A stretch of 64,000 nt of DNA from Oscillospiraceae bacterium (lineage in GTDB: Bacteria; Bacillota; Clostridia; Oscillospirales; Oscillospiraceae), in NCBI GenBank assembly GCA_021203345.1, contig JAJQBJ010000068.1:9336-73335 (forward strand), given 5' to 3'. The translations under genes were made by a program, and so were the position numbers. The notes under the pieces are model-generated. The model worked only from the letters and a program-made list of their open reading frames with translations. It had not been told where the DNA came from and did no database searches. Shown here one piece after another: positions 28,193 to 38,084 of this stretch (its first letter is position 1; the number at the start of each line of letters is the position of its first letter).

Positions 28193-29209
28193 ATGGCAAA
28201 AGATTATAGTAAGCAGATGGTTCCCTATGTGGAACTGCCCAAGTTTGAGGAGTACAAGGAATGGTTTAAGAACTATGCCGAACTGACCCGTGAGGACGGT
28301 ATTTTGCAGGTGGCTATTCGCACCGGCGATCACAAGCCCTACTGGTCCGGCGGTATGCACCGCGCCATGGGGCAGTTGTCCCGCATCATCTCCATGGACC
28401 ACGAGAATGAGGTGGTTATCTGAACCTCGGCCACCGAGGACTGGATTCAGGATCAGGACCCCAACGGCTGGGATCGCTATGCAGATGAGCGCTTTGAGCA
28501 TCAGTATTATGATGACGTGAACCTCATCAAGAACATGGTGTTCGATTTGGATGTTCCTACGATCGGCGCTATGCCCGGCCCTGGCTTCCACTGGGATGCA
28601 CCCTGCCTCTGTGACATCACCATCATCTCCGAGGATACTTACTTTGACGATCCTCACCTGTCCTCCGGCATGGTTTCCGGCGACGGCATGGGCCTGCTGC
28701 TTCAGCAGATGATTGGCCTCAAGCACGCCAACTATCTGATCCTCACCGGCGGCCAGATCGACGCCAAGACCGCATACGACTGGGGTATGGTTTCTGAGGT
28801 CGCGCCCAAGGGTAAGGTTCTGGAGCGTGCATGGGAGTGCGCCCGTATCATCAAGTCCGCTCCTTATCATGCCCGCTGCGTGGCCTCCGCCCTGTGCAAG
28901 CGGCCTATGCAGAGAGCTCTGATGAATGATCTGCGGGTCAACACCCTGTCTGAGGCATATTCCACGCAGATTTCTCTGAACTATGGAAACTACGGTGGCA
29001 CCGAGAACGATCAGGTGGACGAGCGCTTCTCCGGCATCTGGTGGAGATGGCGCTGCTCCAAGGACTCCGACGAGGAACTGCTGAATCCGAGAACCTATGC
29101 TGGTAAAATCCACGACCGCGTCACTGCGGTAGAGTGGTTCAAGGAGAAGCACCCCGAGGAGTATGCAGAGCTGGCAAAGGATCTGGACGGCGACCACGAT
29201 TACAAGTAA
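28193..29209 (+). pseudogene. crotonase-fold (enoyl-CoA hydratase/isomerase family) protein interrupted by an in-frame TGA at 28421-28423
   Basis: ORFs 28193-28423 and 28517-29209 share one frame. Read through, the translation is ...ENEVVI*TSATEDWIQ...GPGFHWD...LILTGGQIDAKTAYDWGMVSEV..., a crotonase-like pattern. Confidence 0.7.
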
Positions 29210-29298
29210 GCTCGTTCTTAGCAGTCTGTGCTTGTATTGGTGCGGCGTTTGCGCCTAATGTAATACAATAGGTTTATACCTTAATCTCTAAATCTTAG

Positions 29299-29339
29299 TT
29301 GGCCCCGTCGGTGGTTTTCCATCGGCGGGGCCAATTTTC
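29299..29339 (+). terminator. intrinsic terminator after the crotonase-like gene
   Basis: TTGGCCCCGTCG...CGGCGGGGCCAA followed by TTTT. Confidence 0.7.
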
Positions 29340-29458
29340 ATTATATATCTTATGATGATTGACTTCCCTGCGGTAGTCGGCAGGAGAGTTTACGCTTACG
29401 AGCAAAGGAAATAACCAGCAGGCCACCACGATTTTCTGTGACGACCTGCCGGTTTAGG

Positions 29459-29900
29459 CTACCTGTTCGGATTATACTGTTCCTGCTGTTTTCTACGTTT
29501 ATCTCGCCCCTGCATTACGCCAAAAATCGGCTTGATATTTTGGGGGGGCAATGAGATAGTCTTACATCTGTTTTTTGCATTTTGGCACTCCACATAGGCT
29601 GCTATCTTTCCACTTAGTACTTGGGTGTACTCCCGATTGGACTGCCTGATGATGGGAATTTTGGTTTTTCCTTTTCTATGAGTGCCAGTGTGTCGCCAAT
29701 ATGATTGAACGCTGCGTTTGCCTTGAGCTCCCTTTGACTTCAATATTGACCAAAAGCTAGAACTTTGGCGGTGCTGCGGCGAACTGTTTTCCTTTGCACT
29801 ACTAAATCCACGCCATCATCAGAGAAACGAGAGTACCACTCACAGCAAACAGGGGTAGCATCGGAAGCATGGCCTTCACATGGAATCATTTTCGATGATA
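29459..29900 (-). pseudogene. degraded reverse-transcriptase-like remnant (group II intron/retron type)
   Basis: Minus-strand frames give ...CCEWYSRFSDDGVDLVVQRK..., resembling an RT motif-5 YxDD block, and a downstream ...EKEKPKF... segment. These are broken by stops and frameshifts. The local sequence looks AT-richer than its flanks (by eye; GC not computed). Confidence 0.3.
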
Positions 29901-30158
29901 TTCTCTATCCATGCGCTCCGTTTCAAGCAAGCGCACCTGCTTAATATAGTATCCCGTCGAGAAAACAGGTGTTGAGCATTGTCAGCTCAATCAGGTAGCC
30001 GAATGAGAGCAGAAGTCCTTCCACAAAACTTTCCGTTCCTGACTGATGAGCTATCCAAGTAAACAAAAGTAGAAATATAAAAATAGCAATAGCTTTTCTA
30101 AGGCAACGCCGCACAAAAATAAAGGGGAAAAAGACACCAAATATGGTAAAATCAGATT

Positions 30159-30345
30159 ATGGATAAACTGAGTAGTCTGTCTGTCCTGAATGACGAATTA
30201 GCCTGGGTGCAGACAAAAAAGAAAGAACTTCTCGAGCAGATTGAGCGTATGGTTCCCTAGAGAGAATGAATTTCCATAACCCCTATGGCCTGGAACTGAT
30301 GTTGCGACTTATCTATATAACCTGTCTGTCCCACGGTTGCTGAGG
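30159..30345 (+). pseudogene. N-terminal fragment of an IS5/IS1182-like (DUF772) transposase
   Basis: MDKLSSLSVLNDELAWVQTKKKELLEQIERMVP* is followed out of frame by ...PYGLELMLRLIYI... No DDE domain follows. Confidence 0.4.
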
Positions 30346-30646
30346 TGATTAGCAGTCGTACTTTCTCGAATTCCTGCGGTGTAGACTCAAGTAATTAGGT
30401 TCCAAACGGCGATATATAGGGCCGTTTTCGTAATATCCTGGTGGAGAATCAGCTACAGGAAAAGTTTTTTGCTCTCTTTATTTTTGCGCGGTGTTGCTCT
30501 AGGATTGTGGTGATTTGTTTAAAAGGTATGTGGATATTTTTTGGAGCAAAGCCCCAATCTAAAGAATAGAAAATATCCACATATCCTTTAACCCCCGAAG
30601 CCAGGCGCAAACCTGACTCCGGGGGTTCAGTGCTGTTAACAATCAA

Positions 30647-33147
30647 TCAGTAAACGACCACGGTGGTATTCACCGGGACATAGTTATAGATGTAGGTCAC
30701 ATCCGGGGTGAGCATCCGAACGCAGCCGTGAGAGATGGGATAACCAATGGAGGCGTCCTTCAGCGTGGAGGAGCCGGGGTAGTACAGACGGGAGTGGAAC
30801 GCATAGCCGGAACCGGGGTAGAACCGCACCACTGGGGCCACCGTATAGGAGGAGGTATACCAACCGGACTGCTTATAGGTGATATAGGTCACGCATACCG
30901 GCGTGGGGGAGCTGCTCTTGCCCGTGCCGCAGATGAAGGTTTTGCTCAGCTTCCAGTTGCCCTTAGAGCGGTGAAGATATAGACCTTCTGGCAGGCGCGG
31001 CTGACCCAGATCAGGTAGCCGGTGGAGCTGGAATAGCCCTTGCTGTTGACGTAGTTTTCCTTGGCCGTGTTGGAGTAGTCCACGTTATAGCTGTGCGTAT
31101 AGTTCCCGGAATAGGTGGAGGAATAGCTGAGAATGATGGTGGCGGCGTTTACCACGCTGTCAGAGCTTTCCCAGTTCACTGTGCCGGTGGAGGTATGGGT
31201 GTAGGATGTCCAGGTTTCCGACTTGCCGCTGCCGGTATAGGTATGGCTTGTGGCGGCCTCCATCACGGCTACAAAGGCCCAGTGGGAGGAGCTGAGGTCA
31301 GAGAAGGTGTACCGGGAATCCATCGCGTTTTCTGCGGAGCTGTCGCCGTAGCGGTTCATGATCCGGTTGAAGATGGTGACTGCCTGAGCGCGGGTCAGGG
31401 CGCTGTCCGGGGAGAAGGTTCCGTCGCCCATACCATTTACCCAGCCCTTGGCGCTGACCGTAGAGATGGCATAGTAGTAGGGGTTGGATTCATCCACATC
31501 CGTGAAGCTGTTGCTGCTGTGAGACAGAGTCGTCAGACGGGAGATCATCTCCACAAACTCGCCCCGGGAGATCGTCTCGTCCGGGTAATAATTCCCGCCG
31601 GTTGCGGTAATGATATTCAGGGACGCTAGCGTGGTGATGGCCTCATAATACCAGGAGTCGGAGGCCACGTCTGCAAACGTGGTGGCATAGGAGCCGCGGC
31701 TCTGGCTGCTCAGAAGGGAATAGAGCATCTGGCAGGCCTCTGCGCGGGTCAGGGAGTTATCCGGGCGGAAGGTTCCGTCGCTGTAGCCGTTGATATAGAC
31801 CACATGGCTGGTGACCAGGGAAGGGGAGTACCAGGCGGTATAGGACACATTGGCAGTTACTTCTGTGATGTAGGGGTCAGCCATGGTATTGGTTCCGGTG
31901 ATGACCCAGCGGGCAATGGATTTGCCGGAGGCGTTGGTGGTGGGGATGCCGCTGCTCCCGGCCGTTTCACCGGGATAGACATACATGGTCGTGGCGTTGC
32001 CGTCCACCAGGAAGGTGACGGTGTAGGAGTGAGTATAGGAAGTCCAGACCTCCGCTTCGCCGGTGGTGTCGGCTTCATGGTCGATGGTGGCCTCCATAAT
32101 GGCGGCGTAGAACCAGCTCCCGGTGGATACGTCTGTAAAGGAGCGCAGCCCCTCGCCGGAGGCAATCACAGAGGTGTCGGCGGAGCGCCCCAGGATGCGG
32201 TTGAAGATGGTGACTGCCTGTGCCCGGGTCAGACCGGTATCAGGGGAGAAGGTGTCCTCCGTCATGCCAGTTACCCAGCCCAGAGCGTAGGCGGTCATGA
32301 TAGCCTCATAATAGGGGTCAGACTCCGATACGTCGTTGAAGGGATTCTCTGCCTCTACGCTGTTGACCAGACGGGTGACGATTGCGACGAACTCAGCGCG
32401 GGTGATGGCCTCGTCCGGGCCAAATTCCCCACCGTCGCAGTCAAGCAGTCCCAAAGAGGCGACAGTGGTGACAGCGGTATAATACCAGGCGTCGCTGCTG
32501 ACATCGGAATAGGTGCAGGGGAACGAACCGGCGGACGTGTCCACCAGCAGGTTATAGAGAATCTGCGCTACCTGTGCGCGGGTCAGGGAATTGTTCGGGC
32601 CAAAGGAGCCGTCTGAATAGCCGCCCATATAGGCGGAGTGGTCGGAGATCAGCGTCGGGGCGAACCAGGCCACCAGCGTGATATCCCCGGTCAGGGTCAG
32701 CTCGGAAGGCTCCACCACCGCACTGAGGTCGGAGGAATACCAGCGAATGACGGCGTTGCCGTCCTCGTCCTCGGTGGGAACCGACTCTGCGGGAATCACA
32801 GTGTCCTCTCCGTCCTCTGCCTCCACCTCAATCGTGATCTGGCTTTCGCCCAGGATAAAGGTGACGGTGTATGTGGTCGGTTCCTCGGGCGTTTCCGGGT
32901 CAGGCTCCTCCGGCGTCTCCGGTTCGGGATCCTCGGAGGGTTCCGGGTCGGGTTCCTCGGAGGGTTCCGGTTCGGTTTCCTCGGAAGGCTCCGGGTCGGG
33001 CTCCGTGGTATCATCCTCGTCCATGATAACGGTTGTGACCGCTGCCTGAGTGTCGGCGGAATCCTCCTGCACGGCGGCATAGGCCGGTGTCACGCCGATC
33101 AGCATGGCAAGAACGAGAATGGCGCAAATCAGCTGTTTCTTTCTCAC
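30647..33147 (-). pseudogene. secreted SLH-domain cell-wall protein with C-terminal L,D-transpeptidase (YkuD) domain, frameshifted at about 30958-30975
   Basis: Signal peptide, an acidic PEPSEE linker and two blocks of three SLH repeats (FSDVSSDAWYY..., FNDVSESDPYY..., FTDVSTGSWFY...). The YkuD domain is split: ...QKVYIFTALRATGS* and then, in another frame, SKGNWKLSKTFICGTG...SHGCVRM. Confidence 0.75.
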
Positions 33148-33448
33148 ACTAATTGTCCTCCTTTAAATTATAATATCCTCAAATTCTTGAACTACCAATA
33201 AAGATAACACAATCCGGGAGTCGGGTTCAAGATATATTTGGAAAAAGAGGGTTACAAGTGGTGACAAAAGGATACAAATCCCTGCCGATGCAGCAACAGA
33301 ACCATTTTTCGGGTAAAAATGCGAGAAAAACTTCATTTGTATGATTGACTTTTTGTCAAGGATGGATTATATTAGCAGTGTAGAAAATGAACGGGAAGCG
33401 CCTTTTCCCAGGGCGACTTTGTAAAAAATCAAGAGGAGCTGGAAGAGT

Positions 33449-34366
33449 ATGTACAAGACCAATTTTGATTTTATCGTTGACAAGGCCAAGGAGCTGAAAC
33501 GGCCCCTGCGGGTGGTCATCGTGGACGCGGCGTGCGAGAATATTTTGCAGGGCGCGTTTGAAGCCGAGGAGCGGGGCATTGCCGAGCTGATTCTCCTGGG
33601 CGACGAGGCAAAGATCACCACGATGCTGAAGGATCTGGGCCTGATCAGCCGGAAATACACCTTGAAGGCCGTGCCCGAGGGGATAAATATCACCCAGATG
33701 GCCATTGATATGGTACACGACGGTCTGGCGGACGCTCTGATGCGCGGCAACGTGCAGACGAGGGAGTTCCTGCTGCCCATCATCGACTCGAAGAACCATC
33801 TGCGTACCGACAAGCTGATTACCCAGGTCACGCTGCTGAAGTTCCCGGGCTATGACCGGGTGCTGGCGGTTTCCGACGTGACCGTGGTGGTGCAGCCCGA
33901 CGTTCCCCAGCGGAAGAAGATCGTGCAGAACATGGTCGGTTTGCTGGAGGTTCTGGGCTATGAGCATCCCAATATCGCGCTGCTGGCCCTGACCGAGCGG
34001 CCCGCGTTCCATATGCCCGACACCATCGAGGCCCAGAACATCGTCCGTGACCAGAAGGAAAAGCCCTTTGTGGACGCCAATCTGGTCGGCCCCATCTCCT
34101 ATGACCTGATCGTCTCCAAGGAGGCCGCACGGCTGAAGGGCTATGATTGCCCCATCTGCGGCGAGTTTGACGGCATTGTGGTGCCTACGCTGCTGACCGG
34201 CAATCTGCTGGTGAAGTCCCTCCAGATGAACGGCCACGCCTCCGCCTGCGGCGTCGTGGTGGGTGCGAAGATTCCCATCGCCCTGACCAGCCGTTCCGAT
34301 ACCAAGGAGCGTGCGTTCCTGTCCCTGTGCGCCTGCGCTGCCATGGCCGCTGACGAGCAGAAGTGA
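33449..34366 (+). CDS. ptb: phosphate butyryl/acetyltransferase family protein (PTA_PTB)
   Basis: 305 aa. A Ptb-like layout runs through the protein (VVIVDAACENIL..., ...IALTSRSD...). Confidence 0.75.
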   Translation: MYKTNFDFIVDKAKELKRPLRVVIVDAACENILQGAFEAEERGIAELILLGDEAKITTMLKDLGLISRKYTLKAVPEGINITQMAIDMVHDGLADALMRGNVQTREFLLPIIDSKNHLRTDKLITQVTLLKFPGYDRVLAVSDVTVVVQPDVPQRKKIVQNMVGLLEVLGYEHPNIALLALTERPAFHMPDTIEAQNIVRDQKEKPFVDANLVGPISYDLIVSKEAARLKGYDCPICGEFDGIVVPTLLTGNLLVKSLQMNGHASACGVVVGAKIPIALTSRSDTKERAFLSLCACAAMAADEQK

Positions 34367-34390
34367 ACCGGATAGAATAAGTTTATAGAG

Positions 34391-34418
34391 AATGGCCCCT
34401 ACGCTGGCAGGGGCCATT
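34391..34418 (+). repeat. left copy of the duplicated ptb terminator hairpin
   Basis: AATGGCCCCTACGCTGGCAGGGGCCATT, 26/28 identical to 34662-34689. No T-tract follows. Confidence 0.7.
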
Positions 34419-34661
34419 GAGCCTGTCATAAAACGACAGGCTCTCGAACCAAATGCTTACATTTGGTTCGAATATGCGGCTCCTCTCTGCATTCGCTTCG
34501 CTCGCACAGTCGTCGCCTCCCTGTGTCTTTTTGCCGGTACACGCCCGGCTAAAAAGACGTATTTCACTTTATTTTGTTGCTTTGCAACAAAACTCCTGCG
34601 GAGGGCTTCCTGAACCTTTCGTCTGGTTTCCTTTTCGTAGATAGACTTTTTTGACAGACTG
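34419..34661 (+). repeat. structured repeat element, copy B (243 bp, plus orientation)
   Basis: Homologous to the reverse complement of 18292-18597. Same GAGCCTGTC...GACAGACTG ends. Contains at least 4 hairpins, one with a compensatory pair change between copies. Confidence 0.8.
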
Positions 34662-34695
34662 AATGGCCCCTGCGTTGGCAGGGGCCATTTTTGCG
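34662..34695 (+). terminator. right copy of the ptb terminator hairpin with T-tract
   Basis: AATGGCCCCTGC-GTTG-GCAGGGGCCATT followed by TTTGCG. Confidence 0.65.
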
Positions 34696-34882
34696 ACAGC
34701 ACGAAAATTTGCAGAAATATGCACCAAATTTACGCTTGAAATCTTGACTCTTTTTGTGTTTTGAATATAATGGAGATGGAAAAATCCCCAGACAGAATAC
34801 GCGCCGCCCTCCGGAGAGAACGGCGCGTTTCTGAAAAGAAAAGAATTGGGTATCAGCGGATTGAAAAGCTGCTCCCCGCGTT

Positions 34883-35548
34883 TCAGGATTCCGCTTTGGA
34901 AGCGGAGGAGCTGAAAAACGGCGGCATTTTGATTTGGGGCAGAACCTTAAAGGACAGCCCGACAAAGCGCCCGGTCAACAGCACCGAGGCGATAGAGCTG
35001 ATGCCCACGCTGGCCAGAGAATGGGTGGAGATCAAATTGATGACGATGGCGACGACCACATAAACCGCATCCGCGCACATCTTCACATTGGACAGCTTCT
35101 TGTGATAGATTTGGCTGAACACGTTGTTGAATTCGTCCGGGGCGGGCAGCATCAGGTCGCAGCCGCTGATGAGTGCAACGCCGAAGCCCTGAATTGCGAT
35201 TCCCAGCACAAGGGCAATGCACTTCTGCCAAATCACCAGCGAGGGCGACCAGAGCCACATAAAGAAATCCACCAGATAGCCGAAGGGAACGCCCACGCAC
35301 ATGGTCAGGACGCTTTTCAGCGTCACCCTTTTCTGCACAATGATTTGAAGAATGACGCAGACCAGATGGAGAAGAATCGTGGCGTTGCCCAGCGTCAGGG
35401 GCGTAATATTGGCCACCGCATCCGGAACAGCCGTGATGGGGGAAACGCCCCAGTTGGTGCGCTTTAAAAGCACAAGGCCGATAGCCATGCAAATCAGCCC
35501 GCAGATGTATTGAAGAATTCTGCGGGTCAGACCGGAACTCTTTTTCAT
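34883..35548 (-). CDS. YczE/YitT-like membrane protein
   Basis: 221 aa with about 6 TM segments. N-terminus ...RRILQYICGLICMAIGLVLLKRTNWGVSP... is typical of YczE-like proteins. Confidence 0.5.
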   Translation of the reverse strand: MKKSSGLTRRILQYICGLICMAIGLVLLKRTNWGVSPITAVPDAVANITPLTLGNATILLHLVCVILQIIVQKRVTLKSVLTMCVGVPFGYLVDFFMWLWSPSLVIWQKCIALVLGIAIQGFGVALISGCDLMLPAPDEFNNVFSQIYHKKLSNVKMCADAVYVVVAIVINLISTHSLASVGISSIASVLLTGRFVGLSFKVLPQIKMPPFFSSSASKAES

Positions 35549-36004
35549 AGATCAGAAACCTCCCAAATATGTTGTAAACGATAAAAGCAACCTACTCCAC
35601 TCTTTATCATAGCAAACTGCTCGAAGAACGGAAACACCGAAAAAAAGTTTTGTCACAACCAAACGGCTGTGACAAAACCGCCAAAAACCCCGTAAAATCG
35701 GGAAAAACGGAGGATTCGGATTTATGACCGAATATTGGTTCGGGCTCCGTTACAAAAAATTCCGATTGACATTGGAGCCGTTCCATGGTTTAAAATACAA
35801 TTTGTGAAGGAAGGGTGTTATTGCGCCCTTTTGGACGGGCAAGGGACTGCAAAAAACAGGCCCCGCGAAGCAGAACCGCGGGGCGGAGACGAAGCCTGTG
35901 GTGGGGTGCGCTCCCGGCGGATTTCAAATCCGCCCGCTGTGTGGGAACCAGCCCGGTACCCTATTTTAGGAAACATAGGAAACGGAGGTGTTTTGGAGTA
36001 AGGT

Positions 36005-36469
36005 ATGAGCGAGGAACAAAAGCCCGGAGCGCGTAAAAGCAAGGAACGCCGGAACAGGGAGGATCATGCCAATGATATCCGCCTGCGGCTGCTGAAAAAG
36101 GACAAGGACAAGCTGATGCTGGCCCTGAACAGCGCCAAAATGGTAGGGATTCTGTCCAAAATGGAGATCATGTATGTTTTCCTGTTTCGGGATCAGTATC
36201 AATGCTTTATCCACCCCCTGGACGCAGAGGAGGGGCGGCACAAGGCCTGGCCGGTGAACGAGGCCACGACCGCCATGATTAAAAACCTGACCGAGCTTGC
36301 GGATCAGCTGTTTGAGATCACTCCCAAGGCCAACATGGACCCCATGGGCGTCATGGTGGCGGCGGAACGGGGAATCATCGCGTATCTGGACACAACGGGA
36401 CAGCTCCCCGCCGAGGATATGGATTTCATGTCCTGGCAGGACGGTTCCGCTGCGGAAGAAAAGAAGTAA
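36005..36469 (+). CDS. hypothetical protein (basic N-terminus), first gene of the Mo-enzyme operon
   Basis: 154-aa ORF with GGAGG upstream. Same strand as, and tightly spaced with, the downstream genes. Confidence 0.5.
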   Translation: MSEEQKPGARKSKERRNREDHANDIRLRLLKKDKDKLMLALNSAKMVGILSKMEIMYVFLFRDQYQCFIHPLDAEEGRHKAWPVNEATTAMIKNLTELADQLFEITPKANMDPMGVMVAAERGIIAYLDTTGQLPAEDMDFMSWQDGSAAEEKK

Positions 36470-36525
36470 CGGGGGAGAGGACTGGCCTGTGCGGTCAGGG
36501 ACTTTCCCAACAGGGAGGCTTAAAC

Positions 36526-36723
36526 ATGAAGACCTATAAGTTTGTATGTAGAAGCACCCGCCGGGGCTTTCTGGAATGGGCGAGCGTCTGTGAGGACGGC
36601 GTCGAGGTCAGACGGATTGACCGCGACGTCTGGCAGGAGACAGTCCGTCAGTTCCGGGAGCGTGTCGGCGCCCAGCTGGAGGCCGAGGGCTACCAGATGG
36701 AAGAGCATCAGTACACGCTTTAA
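36526..36723 (+). CDS. hypothetical small protein
   Basis: 65-aa ORF with GGGAGG 8 nt upstream. Confidence 0.4.
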   Translation: MKTYKFVCRSTRRGFLEWASVCEDGVEVRRIDRDVWQETVRQFRERVGAQLEAEGYQMEEHQYTL

Positions 36724-36751
36724 GTGTGCTGACGAGTGAGGTGTACACGAT

Positions 36752-37216
36752 ATGAAATATATTTCTGTCCTGATTCAACACCACGCCGGCCCCACCGGTA
36801 ATGTGCTGATCGGAAAAAACAGCGGCGGCGTGTGGGAATTCCCCCATGGCGTCCAGCGCACCAATGAAACCGGCGAGGAGGTTGCCGAGCGCATCGCCTG
36901 GGAGCAGCTGGGGATGAAGATCACCGTGGACAAGCTGACCATGACCGGTCACAAGCGGCCCACGGACGGCACTGTGGAGCATATCGCCTGCGGCAATATC
37001 ACCCACAACACCCATACCAAGTGCGACTATCATAATTATTATGAGGCGGTCAACAAGTGGCAGTCCGAGCCTGCCGGCACGGTTTACACCGAGTACAAGT
37101 GGGTGCATCCCTCTGAGTTGGGTCAGTATACCTTTGCCGGGGACGACGAGAATTTCATGGCAAAATACGATCCCTGGATCAATGGCCGGTACATTCCGGA
37201 ATGCCGGATGCCGTAA
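36752..37216 (+). CDS. NUDIX-fold protein with degenerate Nudix box
   Basis: GGVWEFPHGVQRTNETGEEVAERIAWEQLGM fits GX5EX7 but has RIAWEQ in place of REUxEE. Confidence 0.5.
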   Translation: MKYISVLIQHHAGPTGNVLIGKNSGGVWEFPHGVQRTNETGEEVAERIAWEQLGMKITVDKLTMTGHKRPTDGTVEHIACGNITHNTHTKCDYHNYYEAVNKWQSEPAGTVYTEYKWVHPSELGQYTFAGDDENFMAKYDPWINGRYIPECRMP

Positions 37217-37229
37217 GGAGGGTGCTGTC

Positions 37230-37532
37230 ATGAAGAAAAAGTATTATTGCGAGGCGGACAAGCGCCTGCTGGATCGGCCCACAGAGCCGCTGTACCGGTT
37301 TGTCACCACGGCAAAGACCTGGGTGGTTGCGGAGAGCGAGGAAGAAGCACTGGTTCTGGCGAAGGAAAACCTGGATCAGAAGTATCACGGCTCCGGTACC
37401 GTCCTGGGTCAGTCCCGGGTGACGAAGGTCGTAGATCTGCCCGTGGACTGGAGCTACGGTTATGACGGGGAGCGTCAGAGCGGCCCCACCGCCTCCATTT
37501 CCGACCTTGTGGGCAACCACGTCATTCGATAA
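37230..37532 (+). CDS. hypothetical protein
   Basis: 100-aa ORF starting MKKKYYCEAD with AGGAGG upstream, 13 nt after the previous stop. Confidence 0.45.
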   Translation: MKKKYYCEADKRLLDRPTEPLYRFVTTAKTWVVAESEEEALVLAKENLDQKYHGSGTVLGQSRVTKVVDLPVDWSYGYDGERQSGPTASISDLVGNHVIR

Positions 37533-37544
37533 GGGGGCTGTAAT

Positions 37545-38069
37545 ATGGATCTGGTAAAAAAGTATTTGCTCCGCCTGCCGGATGGGAATGTTACCATGCT
37601 GAAGGAGGAGCTGGTTCAGCGCGTGAAGGATGCGCTGAAGAATCACCCCAGCGAGCATATGTGCGCGTATCGCGTCTGGTACGAGGATTTTGAGGGCTGT
37701 GGTATGCCCGGTACCGACGTTTATGATGTGATCGTGGAGACGATGAACTCCATGACGGATGACTGGAAGAATATCGGCCCCATGCGCTGGGAGCGCTATG
37801 GCGTCGTCAACCCCAGCTTCCTGAACCTGCACTACGCCGAGGCACAAAAGACCTGGCACGGCGAGGGCGGCGACATTGAGCTGCTCCAGCACCAGTTCCA
37901 CCTGGGCAAGCATTACATGGGGCCGGATGGTCGGGTGTTCTGGATCCCGATCATCGAGGATTTTGACATGCGCTGCTTCGAGCGGAAGGACGGCAAGTAC
38001 GTCGGCAGCATGGTAGAGATCGATCCCCGTTCCGACTATGCCCGCCAGATGGTGGAAGTAACGGTATGA
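37545..38069 (+). CDS. hypothetical protein
   Basis: 174-aa ORF 12 nt after the previous stop. No recognisable motif. Confidence 0.45.
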   Translation: MDLVKKYLLRLPDGNVTMLKEELVQRVKDALKNHPSEHMCAYRVWYEDFEGCGMPGTDVYDVIVETMNSMTDDWKNIGPMRWERYGVVNPSFLNLHYAEAQKTWHGEGGDIELLQHQFHLGKHYMGPDGRVFWIPIIEDFDMRCFERKDGKYVGSMVEIDPRSDYARQMVEVTV

Positions 38070-38084
38070 GGAGGTAAGGATTCT

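Noticed and set aside
35890-35965. Possible tRNA-Sec: 6-bp stem GGCGGA/TCCGCC with loop TTTCAAA (UCA anticodon)
   Set aside because: No acceptor-stem complement, no D-arm pairing and no GGTTCGA-type T-arm could be built around it. It is treated as a leader hairpin. It therefore gives no support for Sec decoding of the two in-frame TGAs.
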